A DNA stretch of 63,545 nt from Bacteroidaceae bacterium (GCA_017935645.1 JAGBHF010000006.1:1-63545), one strand, 5' to 3'. Counted from the stretch's first letter, positions 9,519 to 19,466 are shown. Made by a program: numbers and translations. Notes: generated by a model not told the origin, from the letters alone.

Positions 9519-12452
9519 TTATTTTAAGGGTTTATTATAAGGCTCTACAACCAATTCGTAAGTGTCGTTTTTCAACAGCGACTCGTCAAATTCAATGGTA
9601 ATGCAACGTTTCTCGCCGGGCATGAGTGTGAAGTAGTTGTCGCTCATGATAGCGGGAAGAAGTCGTTCTCTGTCGTGCTTGCGTAGAGCCTGAATATGTA
9701 TGGCAAAAGCTACGTTGGGGGCTGATTGTGGTAACGATACGGTTGCTGTTATTGTGGCGCGTCCCATGTTGCGAGTGAGTCGTGATGTAGTCTTGATGTT
9801 AACGGGTTGCAGATCGTTGAGCGCAGTAAAATCCTTGCGATTGTTTCCTCGCCAATAGTCATTTTCCGAGATTATATTACCATTGCTGTCTCGCAATTTG
9901 AGTCGGATGAAGTGCACGTCCGATAACCCATCGGTGGCGGGTGAGCCTCCCAAAACGTCCATGCTCCACAATGAGTAGCCAAACCACCAGCCCAACTCGA
10001 TGCCCAGCATGCGAACATATCGCCCTTGTACCTCGGGGAATAAATGCTCAAGAGTACCTTCGCAACCTTCGTGGGTCTTGAATACCTCGCGCCATGTTTG
10101 TGCATCGTCCGATACCTGAATCTTATAAGATTTGCCGTAGGCAGCTTCCCAGTTCAGTCGCACTCCGCCTATAGTCTGTACGCTATCCAAATCGATGTAT
10201 ATCCATTCGTTGTCGGCTTTATTCGCAGCCCAACGGGTATTGTCGTCGCCATCGGTAACGAACTCGGGTGCAAATTGTGCCGTTGATGATGCCACGACCT
10301 TCTTGCCAATGGATATAATGGGTCGATTGCGCTCGAAATCAAGAACAAATGCTTGTGTAGTTGTGTTGGAGTATGAGTTGATATTGCCTGTTTTACAATA
10401 CTCTTTAACAGGCTTACCATCCATGTTATATATGGAGGCTTCAACGGATAGATTTTCGTAGTCGCGTGAAGTGGTATTTGCTACTTTGATTTCCTCGGTC
10501 ATCGGATTCCAATATACGTGAAGTGGCTCGCAGGCGCACTTGCAGCCCCAGTATGCGCCGGTAAGGTCATAGTAGTAGTCGTATGTTTGCCATACCATAG
10601 AGGGGTAGGCCGACTGTCCCATCCATGTCATGATGCCCGAAGCGTCGTTCCACATGTGGTCGAGCCAACCTTCATACATGGCTTTGTTGGATACCATATT
10701 GATGAGTTGGGCTTTACGGCAGAAGTCCTCGATGCCTTGTGCTTTGCCGTAACCTTCGTTTATCATCTGTATGTATTGTTGAGGAAGTGCATTTCCTGCA
10801 TTAGAGCCAAAGTAGTGTTTGTTCCACATCTCGTTGATAGGCCACCAATCTTGTTCGTGCATAAACTTCTTGATACTTTCAAATGTGGGTACAACGGCTG
10901 TACCTATCTCGATGCGTAACCCCCAACCGCGTTTGCCATCGCCACCGGATGAGGGGTCGGGATAATCGGTGAAATAATAACGTTGATCGAATGCACCCCA
11001 GAATCCACTGCCGCTGAGTCCGCCCGAGTTGGAGCATGCCTGGAAATACCTGTCGCCACCATCGAATGTGTCAATGTTGGTTTGCATCCATCCGGGCAGT
11101 GGCGCTTCGGGTACAGCTTCATTGTCACCACACCACACGGCTATACACGGATGATTGCGCAACCTTTTTATTTTCTCCATCATGTTGTTGTTGAAAACAT
11201 TTAGGTCGTAGGGTAAGTTCGGGTTGGAGTTAATCCAAAAGTCATCCCATACCATGATGCCGTATTTGTCGCAATATTCATAAAACTCTTCATCGGTAAC
11301 TGAGCCCAACCAATTGCGAATCATGTTGAAGTTCATTTCTTTGTGCAGGCGTATCTTGGTTTCGTACTCTTTGCCACGACAGCGAAGCATGTATTCCGAC
11401 ATGCCCCAGTTGGCACCCTTGATAAATACAGGTACGTCATTGATGTGTATGTGAAATACACCATTGTTCTTGTCGTAGGTATATTTTTTGATACCGAATG
11501 TTATGTTTCGGCTTTCCGATATTTGTCCCGAAGAATCAGATATATCCAATTGGCAAGTGTACAGGTTGGGCTCGCCGTAGCCTGCCGGCCACCACAACAG
11601 TGGGCTGTTGATTATCAATTGTGGAAAATAGCGCTTGTCGAACTTTATCTTTCGAGACTCAAGAGCGTTGAGGGTTACCTCTTGTGTGAACTCGATATTA
11701 CCGGGATTGATTAGGCCTTTAATGGTTATCTTTTCCGATGCGATATTGTTGTTTTTTACATCAAGTTCGACGCTTAGTTCTGCTCGAGCTTTGGTAGGGA
11801 GTTCGCTACGTATCCATGGGTCTATAATGGTAGTGTGACCTGTATTACTGAGCCAAACTTTATCGGTGATACCGCTATTGAGCCCGGGTACATAGGGCAT
11901 CCAATCCCAGCCCCCACTCGATAGGTATGTGGGGCTGCCTTGGTTGGCAAGGGGTGTTGCGGGAATGTGTACTAATACCGCTAATATGTTTTTACCTGAG
12001 GGGTTTAGCTTGTGGGTTATGTCGTATTGTCCTCGTTCCATAAAGCCGTTGAGCGTACCCAATGGTTGCCCGTTCAGGTATATTTCGGCTTTACGGTTTA
12101 CGCCATTGAAGTTAAGCCATATATGTTCTTTGTAGAAGTCCGAAGGTATTGAAAACTCTGTTCTATACCAGAAGCTTCGGTCATATTTTGAGCGGTCTAC
12201 TCGATGAATGTTGTCACCAAAGTTTGGGTCTTCTTCTATACCGGCGTTTACGTACGATGAAAATACAGTGCCCGGAACAATAGCCTCAACGGCCTCTTCG
12301 TGTGTAAATCCCAGGGTAGATAGCTCGGTGATATTGGTTGAGCACTCCGGTATTACAATCCATGATTGAGTGTCGCTATGTAGGTGTTTTACTTGGGCAA
12401 TAGAGAGTATTGCTATGGGTAAAAATGCGAGTAATGCAACGATTTTTTTCAT
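9519..12452 (-). CDS. Glycoside hydrolase family 2 (beta-mannosidase/exo-glucosaminidase clade) with an inserted F5/8 type C (CBM32) module
   Basis: Signal peptide; GGWDWMP, FIKGANW, FNMIRNW, CDKYGIMVWDDF, WCGDNE (acid/base) and IEIG (nucleophile). CBM32-like DGDDNTRW...WIYIDL...WEAAYGKSYKIQVSDD...RYVR. Confidence 0.9.
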   Translation of the reverse strand: MKKIVALLAFLPIAILSIAQVKHLHSDTQSWIVIPECSTNITELSTLGFTHEEAVEAIVPGTVFSSYVNAGIEEDPNFGDNIHRVDRSKYDRSFWYRTEFSIPSDFYKEHIWLNFNGVNRKAEIYLNGQPLGTLNGFMERGQYDITHKLNPSGKNILAVLVHIPATPLANQGSPTYLSSGGWDWMPYVPGLNSGITDKVWLSNTGHTTIIDPWIRSELPTKARAELSVELDVKNNNIASEKITIKGLINPGNIEFTQEVTLNALESRKIKFDKRYFPQLIINSPLLWWPAGYGEPNLYTCQLDISDSSGQISESRNITFGIKKYTYDKNNGVFHIHINDVPVFIKGANWGMSEYMLRCRGKEYETKIRLHKEMNFNMIRNWLGSVTDEEFYEYCDKYGIMVWDDFWINSNPNLPYDLNVFNNNMMEKIKRLRNHPCIAVWCGDNEAVPEAPLPGWMQTNIDTFDGGDRYFQACSNSGGLSGSGFWGAFDQRYYFTDYPDPSSGGDGKRGWGLRIEIGTAVVPTFESIKKFMHEQDWWPINEMWNKHYFGSNAGNALPQQYIQMINEGYGKAQGIEDFCRKAQLINMVSNKAMYEGWLDHMWNDASGIMTWMGQSAYPSMVWQTYDYYYDLTGAYWGCKCACEPLHVYWNPMTEEIKVANTTSRDYENLSVEASIYNMDGKPVKEYCKTGNINSYSNTTTQAFVLDFERNRPIISIGKKVVASSTAQFAPEFVTDGDDNTRWAANKADNEWIYIDLDSVQTIGGVRLNWEAAYGKSYKIQVSDDAQTWREVFKTHEGCEGTLEHLFPEVQGRYVRMLGIELGWWFGYSLWSMDVLGGSPATDGLSDVHFIRLKLRDSNGNIISENDYWRGNNRKDFTALNDLQPVNIKTTSRLTRNMGRATITATVSLPQSAPNVAFAIHIQALRKHDRERLLPAIMSDNYFTLMPGEKRCITIEFDESLLKNDTYELVVEPYNKPLK

Positions 12453-12505
12453 ATTTGTCTTGTTTTGATAGTAGGTGTGTTGTGAATGGCTTGGTTTACA
12501 ATATG

Positions 12506-12569
12506 CAAAGTAAATGTCTGTTGCGTTAAATGTAAATGGATATTGTTACAAAGAGTATGGATGATTTTA
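12506..12569 (-). promoter_or_regulatory. Degenerate -7 box (TTACTTTG) plus candidate activator site for the GH2 gene
   Basis: CAAAGTAA at 12506-12513; ATGGA repeated at 12536 and 12557 (21 bp period); AGTATGGATGATTTTA at 12554-12569 matches 63475-63490 at 15/16. Confidence 0.55.
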
Positions 12570-12770
12570 TGTTATGGGGTACTTTTTGTTTGTTATGAGG
12601 GTCTTACGGAGTTTTTGAGGGGTTAATTCAATATCAAAAGGTGGTGTTGGCAATCTATGTACTTGGTGTAAGTAAAAGTTGTTGATAAATCGTGAAAATA
12701 TTGTGCGGTAGGTTTGCGATAGTTTGGTTTTAAAATTGTATCTTTGCCCAAATTCATTACATTTGACGTT

Positions 12771-13313
12771 ATGGATACAATACAACTGAAAGACCTGAGC
12801 TTTAAACCTTACATCAGTAGTGCCGAGATAGCTACTGCAGTAAAAAATGTGGCAGCTCGCATTAACGAGGATCTTGCCGGCAAGAATCCATTGTTTTTGT
12901 GTGTGCTGAATGGTGCTTTTGTATTCGCCGCCGACTTATTTCGCGAAATAACCATTCCGGGCGCAGAAATAGCCTTTATACGCATGAAGTCGTATATAGG
13001 AACACAATCATCGGGCGAGGTTCAATTGGTATCGGGGTTGACCGAAGACATTTCGGGTCGTACAGTTGTTATAGTAGAAGATATTGTAGATTCGGGCTTT
13101 ACGCTCAAGCAACTCAAGTCTATCTTGCAAGAGTGTAATCCGGCCGAAATTAAGGTGGCTACATTGCTCTTCAAGCCCGAGTCGCTCAAGTGTGATGTTA
13201 CCATTGATTATGTGGCATTGGACATTCCCCCTGCATTTATAGTGGGATATGGCCTCGATTATGATGAATTGGGACGCAACCTCAAGGACATCTATTCGGT
13301 AGTACAAGATTGA
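12771..13313 (+). CDS. hpt: Hypoxanthine phosphoribosyltransferase
   Basis: LNGAFVFAADL, PRPP-binding VIVEDIVDSGFTL and FIVGYGLDY. ATG at 12771 follows TATCTTTG at 12739-12746. Confidence 0.97.
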   Translation: MDTIQLKDLSFKPYISSAEIATAVKNVAARINEDLAGKNPLFLCVLNGAFVFAADLFREITIPGAEIAFIRMKSYIGTQSSGEVQLVSGLTEDISGRTVVIVEDIVDSGFTLKQLKSILQECNPAEIKVATLLFKPESLKCDVTIDYVALDIPPAFIVGYGLDYDELGRNLKDIYSVVQD

Positions 13314-13336
13314 AAGAAATAAAAAAAATATAAGAT

Positions 13337-13912
13337 ATGAATATAGTAATTTTTGGAGCACCCGGCTCAGGAAAAGGTACACAAAGCGCATTGCTTATTG
13401 AGAAGTATGGCTACTACCATATATCTACCGGTGATGTATTGCGTGCGCAGATAGCGCAAGGTACCGAGTTGGGTAAGATTGCCGATTCGTATATCTCGAA
13501 GGGTCAACTTATCCCCGATGAGTTGATGATTGACATCTTGGATGACGTGTTGGCAGCGCACCCCGAGAGTGCTAAGGGTGTTGTTTTTGATGGTTTCCCC
13601 CGTACCATTCATCAAGCCGAGACATTGGATGCATTGTTGGCCAAACGCAATGGACAGGTAGATATTGTAGTGGGTCTCGAAGTTGAAGAAGAGGAGTTGA
13701 TAGTAAGACTTATCAACCGTGGAAAGACGTCGGGTCGTAGCGATGATAACTTAGAGACTATCAAGAAACGTCTGGATGTATATAACAGCCAAACCAATGT
13801 GTTGCGCGACCATTACAAGGCTCAAGGCAAGTATGAGGCTGTGCATGGCATGGGTAGTATCGAAGATATCTTTGAGAATATCAAGACTCTTATCGAGAAA
13901 CATCGTCGTTAA
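13337..13912 (+). CDS. adk: Adenylate kinase (short-LID type)
   Basis: GAPGSGKGT, HISTGDVLR, DGFPRT and GRSDD motifs. Confidence 0.97.
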   Translation: MNIVIFGAPGSGKGTQSALLIEKYGYYHISTGDVLRAQIAQGTELGKIADSYISKGQLIPDELMIDILDDVLAAHPESAKGVVFDGFPRTIHQAETLDALLAKRNGQVDIVVGLEVEEEELIVRLINRGKTSGRSDDNLETIKKRLDVYNSQTNVLRDHYKAQGKYEAVHGMGSIEDIFENIKTLIEKHRR

Positions 13913-13939
13913 TTATTCCGCGATAAAGTATAATTGGTT

Positions 13940-13970
13940 GTAGGTAGTGAGTATAGTACTCGCTACCTGC
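13940..13970. terminator. Hairpin between convergent adk and rnc
   Basis: GTAGGTAGTGAGTA-TAG-TACTCGCTACCTGC stem-loop. Confidence 0.6.
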
Positions 13971-14090
13971 ACTTGTATTGGTTAGTATGCTACACTGCCT
14001 GATGAGGTGGTGTGCGTGGGCTCTTATACTTTGATGGTAACGGCTATGGATTGCACTTGGCCACTGTTGTATATATGTAGTGGCTTGTGT

Positions 14091-14876
14091 TTAGGAGTTT
14101 TGCTCGGTTTCGTTGTTTGAGATGTCGTGAAGAAGCTCTTCGGCAAAATTCTTCTGTTTTCTGATAAATCGTATAGCTGCTTGTGCTGCTACTTGTTGAG
14201 CCTCTTTCTTGGTATATCCTCGGCCTTCGCCCAATTGTCGGTTGGCGACTAATACGCGGGCGTGGAATATGGGATTCTTGTGTTCGTCCGATGAGATGTC
14301 GTCGATGTCGAAGGTGTAGGGGATGTGGTGGTGCTGACACCATTCAATCAGTCGTGACTTGAAGTTGACCTCTTGTTGTGCCAACTTTTTAATGTCGATG
14401 TGCTTTAGAATGATTTTTTCCTCGACAATCTTTCGGCACATATCGAAGCCTTGATCGAGGTATATAGCACCTATAAGAGCCTCAAGGGCATTGCCATAGG
14501 TGTTGTTGTTGTGTGATTGCGAGTGGACGGTTATTTGGACAATCTTGTCCAGTCCGAGTTCCAAGGCTACGTGATTGAGTGTTTCGCGTTGGACTATTTT
14601 TGAACGAGTTTTGGATAAGAAGCCCTCGTCTTTGTTGTTGAATGTCTTGTAGATAATGTCCGATGCAATAGCGCTCAAGACAGCATCGCCCAGAAATTCA
14701 AGTCGCTCGTTGTTGCCGCCTTCTTGGTTGTTGCGACCTGCCGAGCGATGTCGACATGCTTGTTGAAAGAGTGTGATATCGTTGGGACAAAATCCCAGCA
14801 TGTCGTAGAAAATACGATAAGGCTCTTGGCGACGTTTCGTCAAGAGCCTTATGCGTTTATAGATAGATTGAAACAC
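14091..14876 (-). CDS. rnc: Ribonuclease III
   Basis: NERLEFLGDAVL, NALEALIGAIYLD and dsRBD NFKSRLIE...KKEAQQ. A GTG start at 14876, just after the fabF stop, is the likely start; the ORF extends to 14888. Confidence 0.95.
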   Translation of the reverse strand: MFQSIYKRIRLLTKRRQEPYRIFYDMLGFCPNDITLFQQACRHRSAGRNNQEGGNNERLEFLGDAVLSAIASDIIYKTFNNKDEGFLSKTRSKIVQRETLNHVALELGLDKIVQITVHSQSHNNNTYGNALEALIGAIYLDQGFDMCRKIVEEKIILKHIDIKKLAQQEVNFKSRLIEWCQHHHIPYTFDIDDISSDEHKNPIFHARVLVANRQLGEGRGYTKKEAQQVAAQAAIRFIRKQKNFAEELLHDISNNETEQNS

Positions 14877-14877
14877 G

Positions 14878-16143
14878 TTATTTCTCAAATTTTTTCAAGA
14901 TAACACATGCGTTGTGACCGCCAAAGCCAAATGTGTTTGACATGGCAACACGTATTTCGCGTTTTTGTGCTTTGTTGAATGTAAAGTTGAGATTGTAGTC
15001 AATCTCGGGATCTTTGTCATCCTCTTCGTGGTTGATAGTAGGCGGAACGATACCGTTTTCCATAGCCTTTATGCAGAGTACTGCTTCGAGAGCACCGGCA
15101 GCACCAAGAAGGTGACCTGTCATAGACTTGGTCGAGCTGATATTGAGTTTATAAGCATGTTCGCCAAATACTTCTTTGATGGCTTTTACCTCCGATATAT
15201 CACCAACAGGGGTAGATGTACCATGAGTGTTTATATAATCAATATCCTCGGGCTTCATCTCGGCGTCTTCGAGAGCGTTGCGCATTACAAGCTTTGCACC
15301 CAAGCCCTCGGGGTGAGTGGCTGTAAGGTGATAAGCATCGGCGGCAAGACCACCACCTGCTATCTCGGCATAAATTCTTGCACCACGAGCCAAGGCATGC
15401 TCCATCTCTTCAAGAATGAGACAGCTACCGCCTTCACCCATTACAAATCCGTCGCGAGAGCCACTGAAGGGACGCGATGCGGTCTGGGGTGAATCGTTAC
15501 GAGTAGAGAGCGCGTGCATCGAGTTGAAGCCTCCTACGCCTGCGGCGTAAATAGCTGCTTCGGCACCACCTGATATGATTACATCGGCTTTACCTAAGCG
15601 AATGTAATTGTAGGCGTCTATCAGAGAGTGGTTGGATGAAGCACATGCCGAAACGGTGCCGAAGTTGGGGCCGTGGAATCCATATATCATAGATATTTGT
15701 CCTGCTGCTATGTCGGCAATCATCTTGGGGATGAAGAATGGACTATAGCGAGGGCCTCTTTCGGGGTGTAATGCGTAGTTGGTAACTTCTTGTTCGAATG
15801 TTCCCAAACCACCAATACCGGCTGCATAAATAACACCGGCACGTTCGCGGTTGATTTTCTCTACATCTATGCCAGAGTCGTCCATAGCCTCTTTAACGGC
15901 TGCGATGGCGTATTGAGCAAAAAGGTCGAGCTTGCGCGCATCCTTGACGTTGTCAAAGTAGTTGAGCGGGTCGAAATTTTTTACCTCGCAGGCAAATTGA
16001 GTCTTGAATTCGCTGGCATCAAAATGAGTAATAGGCCCAGCTCCACTTACTCCATTGATAGCAGCGTTCCATGTATCAGAAACGTTGTTGCCCAATGGCG
16101 TAATTGAACCCAGACCTGTTACGACAACTCTTTTGAGTTCCAT
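14878..16143 (-). CDS. fabF: 3-oxoacyl-ACP synthase II
   Basis: RVVVTGLG, SACAS, HGTST, KSMTGHLLGA and SNTFGFGGHN motifs. Confidence 0.98.
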   Translation of the reverse strand: MELKRVVVTGLGSITPLGNNVSDTWNAAINGVSGAGPITHFDASEFKTQFACEVKNFDPLNYFDNVKDARKLDLFAQYAIAAVKEAMDDSGIDVEKINRERAGVIYAAGIGGLGTFEQEVTNYALHPERGPRYSPFFIPKMIADIAAGQISMIYGFHGPNFGTVSACASSNHSLIDAYNYIRLGKADVIISGGAEAAIYAAGVGGFNSMHALSTRNDSPQTASRPFSGSRDGFVMGEGGSCLILEEMEHALARGARIYAEIAGGGLAADAYHLTATHPEGLGAKLVMRNALEDAEMKPEDIDYINTHGTSTPVGDISEVKAIKEVFGEHAYKLNISSTKSMTGHLLGAAGALEAVLCIKAMENGIVPPTINHEEDDKDPEIDYNLNFTFNKAQKREIRVAMSNTFGFGGHNACVILKKFEK

Positions 16144-16146
16144 AAA

Positions 16147-16389
16147 TTATTTGTCGGCAAGAGCCTTTTCGATGTGCTCGATAGCTTCGCCTACAGTAGT
16201 AATTTTTTCAGCTTCCTCATCGGGGATTTTGATATCGAATGTATTCTCGAAATCCATAATCATTTCTACTGTATCGAGTGAATCGGCACCCAAATCGTTA
16301 GCGAAGCTAGCTTCGTTTGTAACGGCAGACTCGGGACGACCCAAACGTTCTGCGATGATTGATCTTACTTTTACTGCAACTTCAGACAT
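16147..16389 (-). CDS. acpP: Acyl carrier protein
   Basis: DLGADSLD phosphopantetheine site; lies in the acpP-fabF-rnc operon. Confidence 0.97.
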   Translation of the reverse strand: MSEVAVKVRSIIAERLGRPESAVTNEASFANDLGADSLDTVEMIMDFENTFDIKIPDEEAEKITTVGEAIEHIEKALADK

Positions 16390-16607
16390 AGTTTTTCTTT
16401 TTTAAAATGAATTAATAAGAAGTTTTCTTCAAAAATGCATTGCAAAGAAAATGTATTTTGACGAATAATTTGCTATTTCGTGATAAGAAAATGCTTTTTA
16501 TTGCACAAAGGCATTTGCGTTGTGCATTGTTTTGCAACTAATTTTATTTTTATTCGCTTCTATACAAGATTACTTGCCGACGATATGGCGAGTGATTTGT
16601 ATAGATT

Positions 16608-17324
16608 TTATTGTGCGTTGTAGTTGAGTATATTGGTGGCTGTGTTATCGGCCTTGTCCAATACGACAATGGGTTTTTGGCCGAAGATGTATACCTCCGA
16701 GAGGCTTTCATTGTTGTTGCTTGTGTAATTGACGGTGTAGGCCGATGCAACAACCTCTTCGGGATTTCGTTCATTGAATGCTGTGATAGAGGGTGCTTGA
16801 GCAGCATAACCTTCGAGGGTAAGGGCAAGGGTTTGCTCATAGTCGGCTTGCAAGTTCTCGGCGTCGCGAGTGAAAGAGTAGCTGCGACTGCGGTCGAACT
16901 TGAGGTACTCTTCGTGTGTCGAGGGGAGCTTTTGGGCAGCCTTCAAGTAGCCGTCTATTTTGTTCTTATATTTAATATTGTTGCCATATTGGCGTTTGGC
17001 AGCTTCGTACTTCTTCATGTAGTCTTCGTGGCGAAGGATGTTGGCGCGTTCGTCCTTTTCGCAATCTTCCAATTTTTTCTCCCAAGCGAGTTTTTTCTCC
17101 TCAAGTAGGTCTTGGTACTCTTGAGCCATTGAGTTGGTCAGGAATGCAATGCTGTCGGCTACTGTGATGTCTTGTAGATGTGCGATAGTGATATTTTCCT
17201 TATCGCCGATGTTTGCACCTTCGTATTCGACAAATGCGTCAATGTAGTCTTGTTGAGAGGGTTGTCCTGCGCAAGAGGCGAGGAGTGCTATGCTTGCAAT
17301 AGCGAGAATCTTTTGAATTTTCAT
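16608..17324 (-). CDS. Hypothetical lipoprotein with a central charged helical region
   Basis: ATG at 17324; MKIQKILAIASIALLASC lipobox; K/E-rich helical middle. Confidence 0.7.
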   Translation of the reverse strand: MKIQKILAIASIALLASCAGQPSQQDYIDAFVEYEGANIGDKENITIAHLQDITVADSIAFLTNSMAQEYQDLLEEKKLAWEKKLEDCEKDERANILRHEDYMKKYEAAKRQYGNNIKYKNKIDGYLKAAQKLPSTHEEYLKFDRSRSYSFTRDAENLQADYEQTLALTLEGYAAQAPSITAFNERNPEEVVASAYTVNYTSNNNESLSEVYIFGQKPIVVLDKADNTATNILNYNAQ

Positions 17325-17447
17325 ATTTTTATCTTTTTTGAGTTTGTTATAGGATATTCGATATACTTCGATTTTGCTTCGCAAAACTACGCTTTTTATT
17401 TGAATTAATAAATAGGTGACAAAAAATTTGTAGTTTTGCACAAGATT

Positions 17448-18194
17448 ATGTTGAATATAAAAGAAGCCGTAAAAAGATATTTGGAGCGACGCGGACTTGC
17501 ATCGATGGAATGCCGTGCAGCGCTTATAGATATGGATGGTGTGTTGTATGATTCAATGCCTCATCATGCCGAGGCGTGGTATCGAACCATTGCTCCGCTG
17601 GGCATTGCTTGTACCCGAGAGGATTTTTTCTTGCTTGAGGGTAGCACACGCACGCGCACTATCAATATGTTTTTTAACAGAGAGTATGGACATGATGCCC
17701 CCGAGGATATTTCGTTGGCGTTGTATGAGGAGAAGGTGCGCCAGTTTAGGGCTCTTGGTGAGGCGTCACGTATGCCGGCGGCCGACAAGATGATAGCATC
17801 GCTATTGGCGCACGATGTACGCACGGTGTTGGTTACGGGGTCGAGTCAGGGAACATTGCTCGAACTGCTCGATACCGATTATCCGCGAGCGTTCAATATG
17901 CCTTATCGCATAACCGGTGAGGATGTGAAGCATGGCAAGCCCTCGCCCGAGCCTTACTTGATGGGATTGCAACGTGCCGGTGTCGAGTCGCATCAGGCTA
18001 TTGTGATAGAGAATGCCCCCTTGGGGGTTGAGGCCGGTGTGGCTGCCGGAGTCTTTACGGTAGCAGTCAATACAGGCCCTATCCCTGCCCAAGCGTTGTA
18101 TGATGCAGGTGCTGATATTGTGTTTGATTCGATGCCACACTTTGCCGAGCATGTCTATGAATTGATAGAGATAGTCAATACTACCCAATTATGA
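17448..18194 (+). CDS. HAD family hydrolase (beta-phosphoglucomutase-like)
   Basis: DMDGVL, VTGS, GKPSPEPY and IENAPLG motifs; stop overlaps the aroB start (ATGA). Confidence 0.9.
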   Translation: MLNIKEAVKRYLERRGLASMECRAALIDMDGVLYDSMPHHAEAWYRTIAPLGIACTREDFFLLEGSTRTRTINMFFNREYGHDAPEDISLALYEEKVRQFRALGEASRMPAADKMIASLLAHDVRTVLVTGSSQGTLLELLDTDYPRAFNMPYRITGEDVKHGKPSPEPYLMGLQRAGVESHQAIVIENAPLGVEAGVAAGVFTVAVNTGPIPAQALYDAGADIVFDSMPHFAEHVYELIEIVNTTQL

Positions 18195-19246
18195 AGCAGG
18201 AGGTTGTTTTTACCAATCAAGTAGAAGAAGCGCTCGAGTGCTTGTGTAGCACCGAGGGTTATGACCGTTGTTTTGTGTTATGCGATAGTAATACATATAG
18301 CAGTGTGTTGCCTCGCATAGCCTCATCGCGTATAGCTCAAGCTGAGGTGATAACCATCAGTGCCGGCGATGAAGCGAAGGGTGTTGACTCGTTGCTCCAT
18401 GTGTGGAGTGAGCTGAGTGAGCGAGGTGCTACACGTCATTCGTTGCTTGTCAATGTGGGCGGTGGCATGGTGACGGACTTGGGTGGTATGGCCGCTGCAA
18501 CCTTTAAGCGTGGCATAGCCTTTGTCAATATCCCTACGACGTTGTTAGGCGCAGTAGATGCGGCTGTGGGCGGTAAGACGGGTATTAATTTTGCCGGACT
18601 GAAAAACGAAGTGGGGGTTTTTGCTCATGCCCGCATGGTCATTGTCTCTACGCGATTTTTTGACACATTACCTCGAGAGGAGTTTTTGTCGGGGTATGCC
18701 GAAATGTTGTAGCACGGATTGATAGATGATGAAGAACACTATAATGAGTTGCTCGATTATGATATAGCATCGTTTGATGCCGATAAGTTGTTGCCTTTGT
18801 TGCGCTACTCGGTGGGCGTCAAGCAACGTATTACTGAACAAGACCCTCGTGAACATGGGTTGCGTAAAGTACTTAACTTGGGACATACCGTCGGGCACGC
18901 CATCGAAGCCCATTCGCAAAGGCATGGACGTACTGTCGCGCATGGTTATGCTGTAGCTTGGGGGTTGGTGTGTGAACTACTCATTGCGCATCGAGCCTTG
19001 GGTTTCCCCTCTTCGGTGATATACGACTTGGCGCGTCTTGTCGAGCTAAATTATGGTAGTTATGCCATTACGTGTGACGATTATGACGAGTTGATAGCAT
19101 TCATGCAGCACGATAAAAAGAATATTTGCGATAAAATAAATTTTACACTCATAAAAAAAATAGGCGATTGTTGTGTCGATAACTACATCGAGCGAAAAGA
19201 AATAGAAATTTCCTTAGATTTTTTTCGCGATCTATTTCATCTGTAA
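18191..19246 (+). pseudogene. aroB: 3-dehydroquinate synthase interrupted by an in-frame TAG at 18710-18712
   Basis: The two ORFs are in the same frame and would join to 351 aa: GGGMVTDLGG, PTTLL, DAAVGGKTG, KN, AEML*HGLI, LNLGHTVGHAIE, HGYAV, DKK. Confidence 0.8.
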
Positions 19247-19301
19247 ATGAAGTAGTTGTATAATTGGTGGAAAAATAATTGAAAAATTTTTACCAAAAAT
19301 A

Positions 19302-19332
19302 TTTGCAGATATAAAAAAAAGCCATACCTTTG
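19302..19332 (+). promoter_or_regulatory. Canonical Bacteroidetes -33/-7 promoter of tRNA-Pro
   Basis: TTTG (19302-19305), 19 nt spacer, TACCTTTG (19325-19332). Confidence 0.8.
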
Positions 19333-19347
19333 CATCACCTTTTCAGA

Positions 19348-19422
19348 CGGGGTGTAGCTCAGCCCGGTTAGAGTACACGTCTGGGGGGCGTGTTGTCGCT
19401 GGTTCGAATCCAGTCACCCCGA
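19348..19422 (+). tRNA. tRNA-Pro (anticodon GGG)
   Basis: Acceptor stem CGGGGTG/CACCCCG; anticodon stem CACGT/GCGTG with loop CTGGGGG; T-loop GGTTCGAATCC. The discriminator A is followed by CCG, so CCA is not fully encoded. Confidence 0.95.
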
Positions 19423-19435
19423 CCGAGCAAAAGTC

Positions 19436-19466
19436 AGAGTCAAGCATTCGCTTGACTCTTTTTTTT
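19436..19466 (+). terminator. Intrinsic terminator after tRNA-Pro
   Basis: AGAGTCAAGC-ATTC-GCTTGACTCT followed by a T-run. Confidence 0.85.

Noticed and set aside
12660-12671. 12-mer TACTTGGTGTAA also found at 48230-48241
   Set aside because: One 12-bp match among several kb of AT-rich intergenic DNA is expected by chance, and it has no consistent promoter spacing or functional link.
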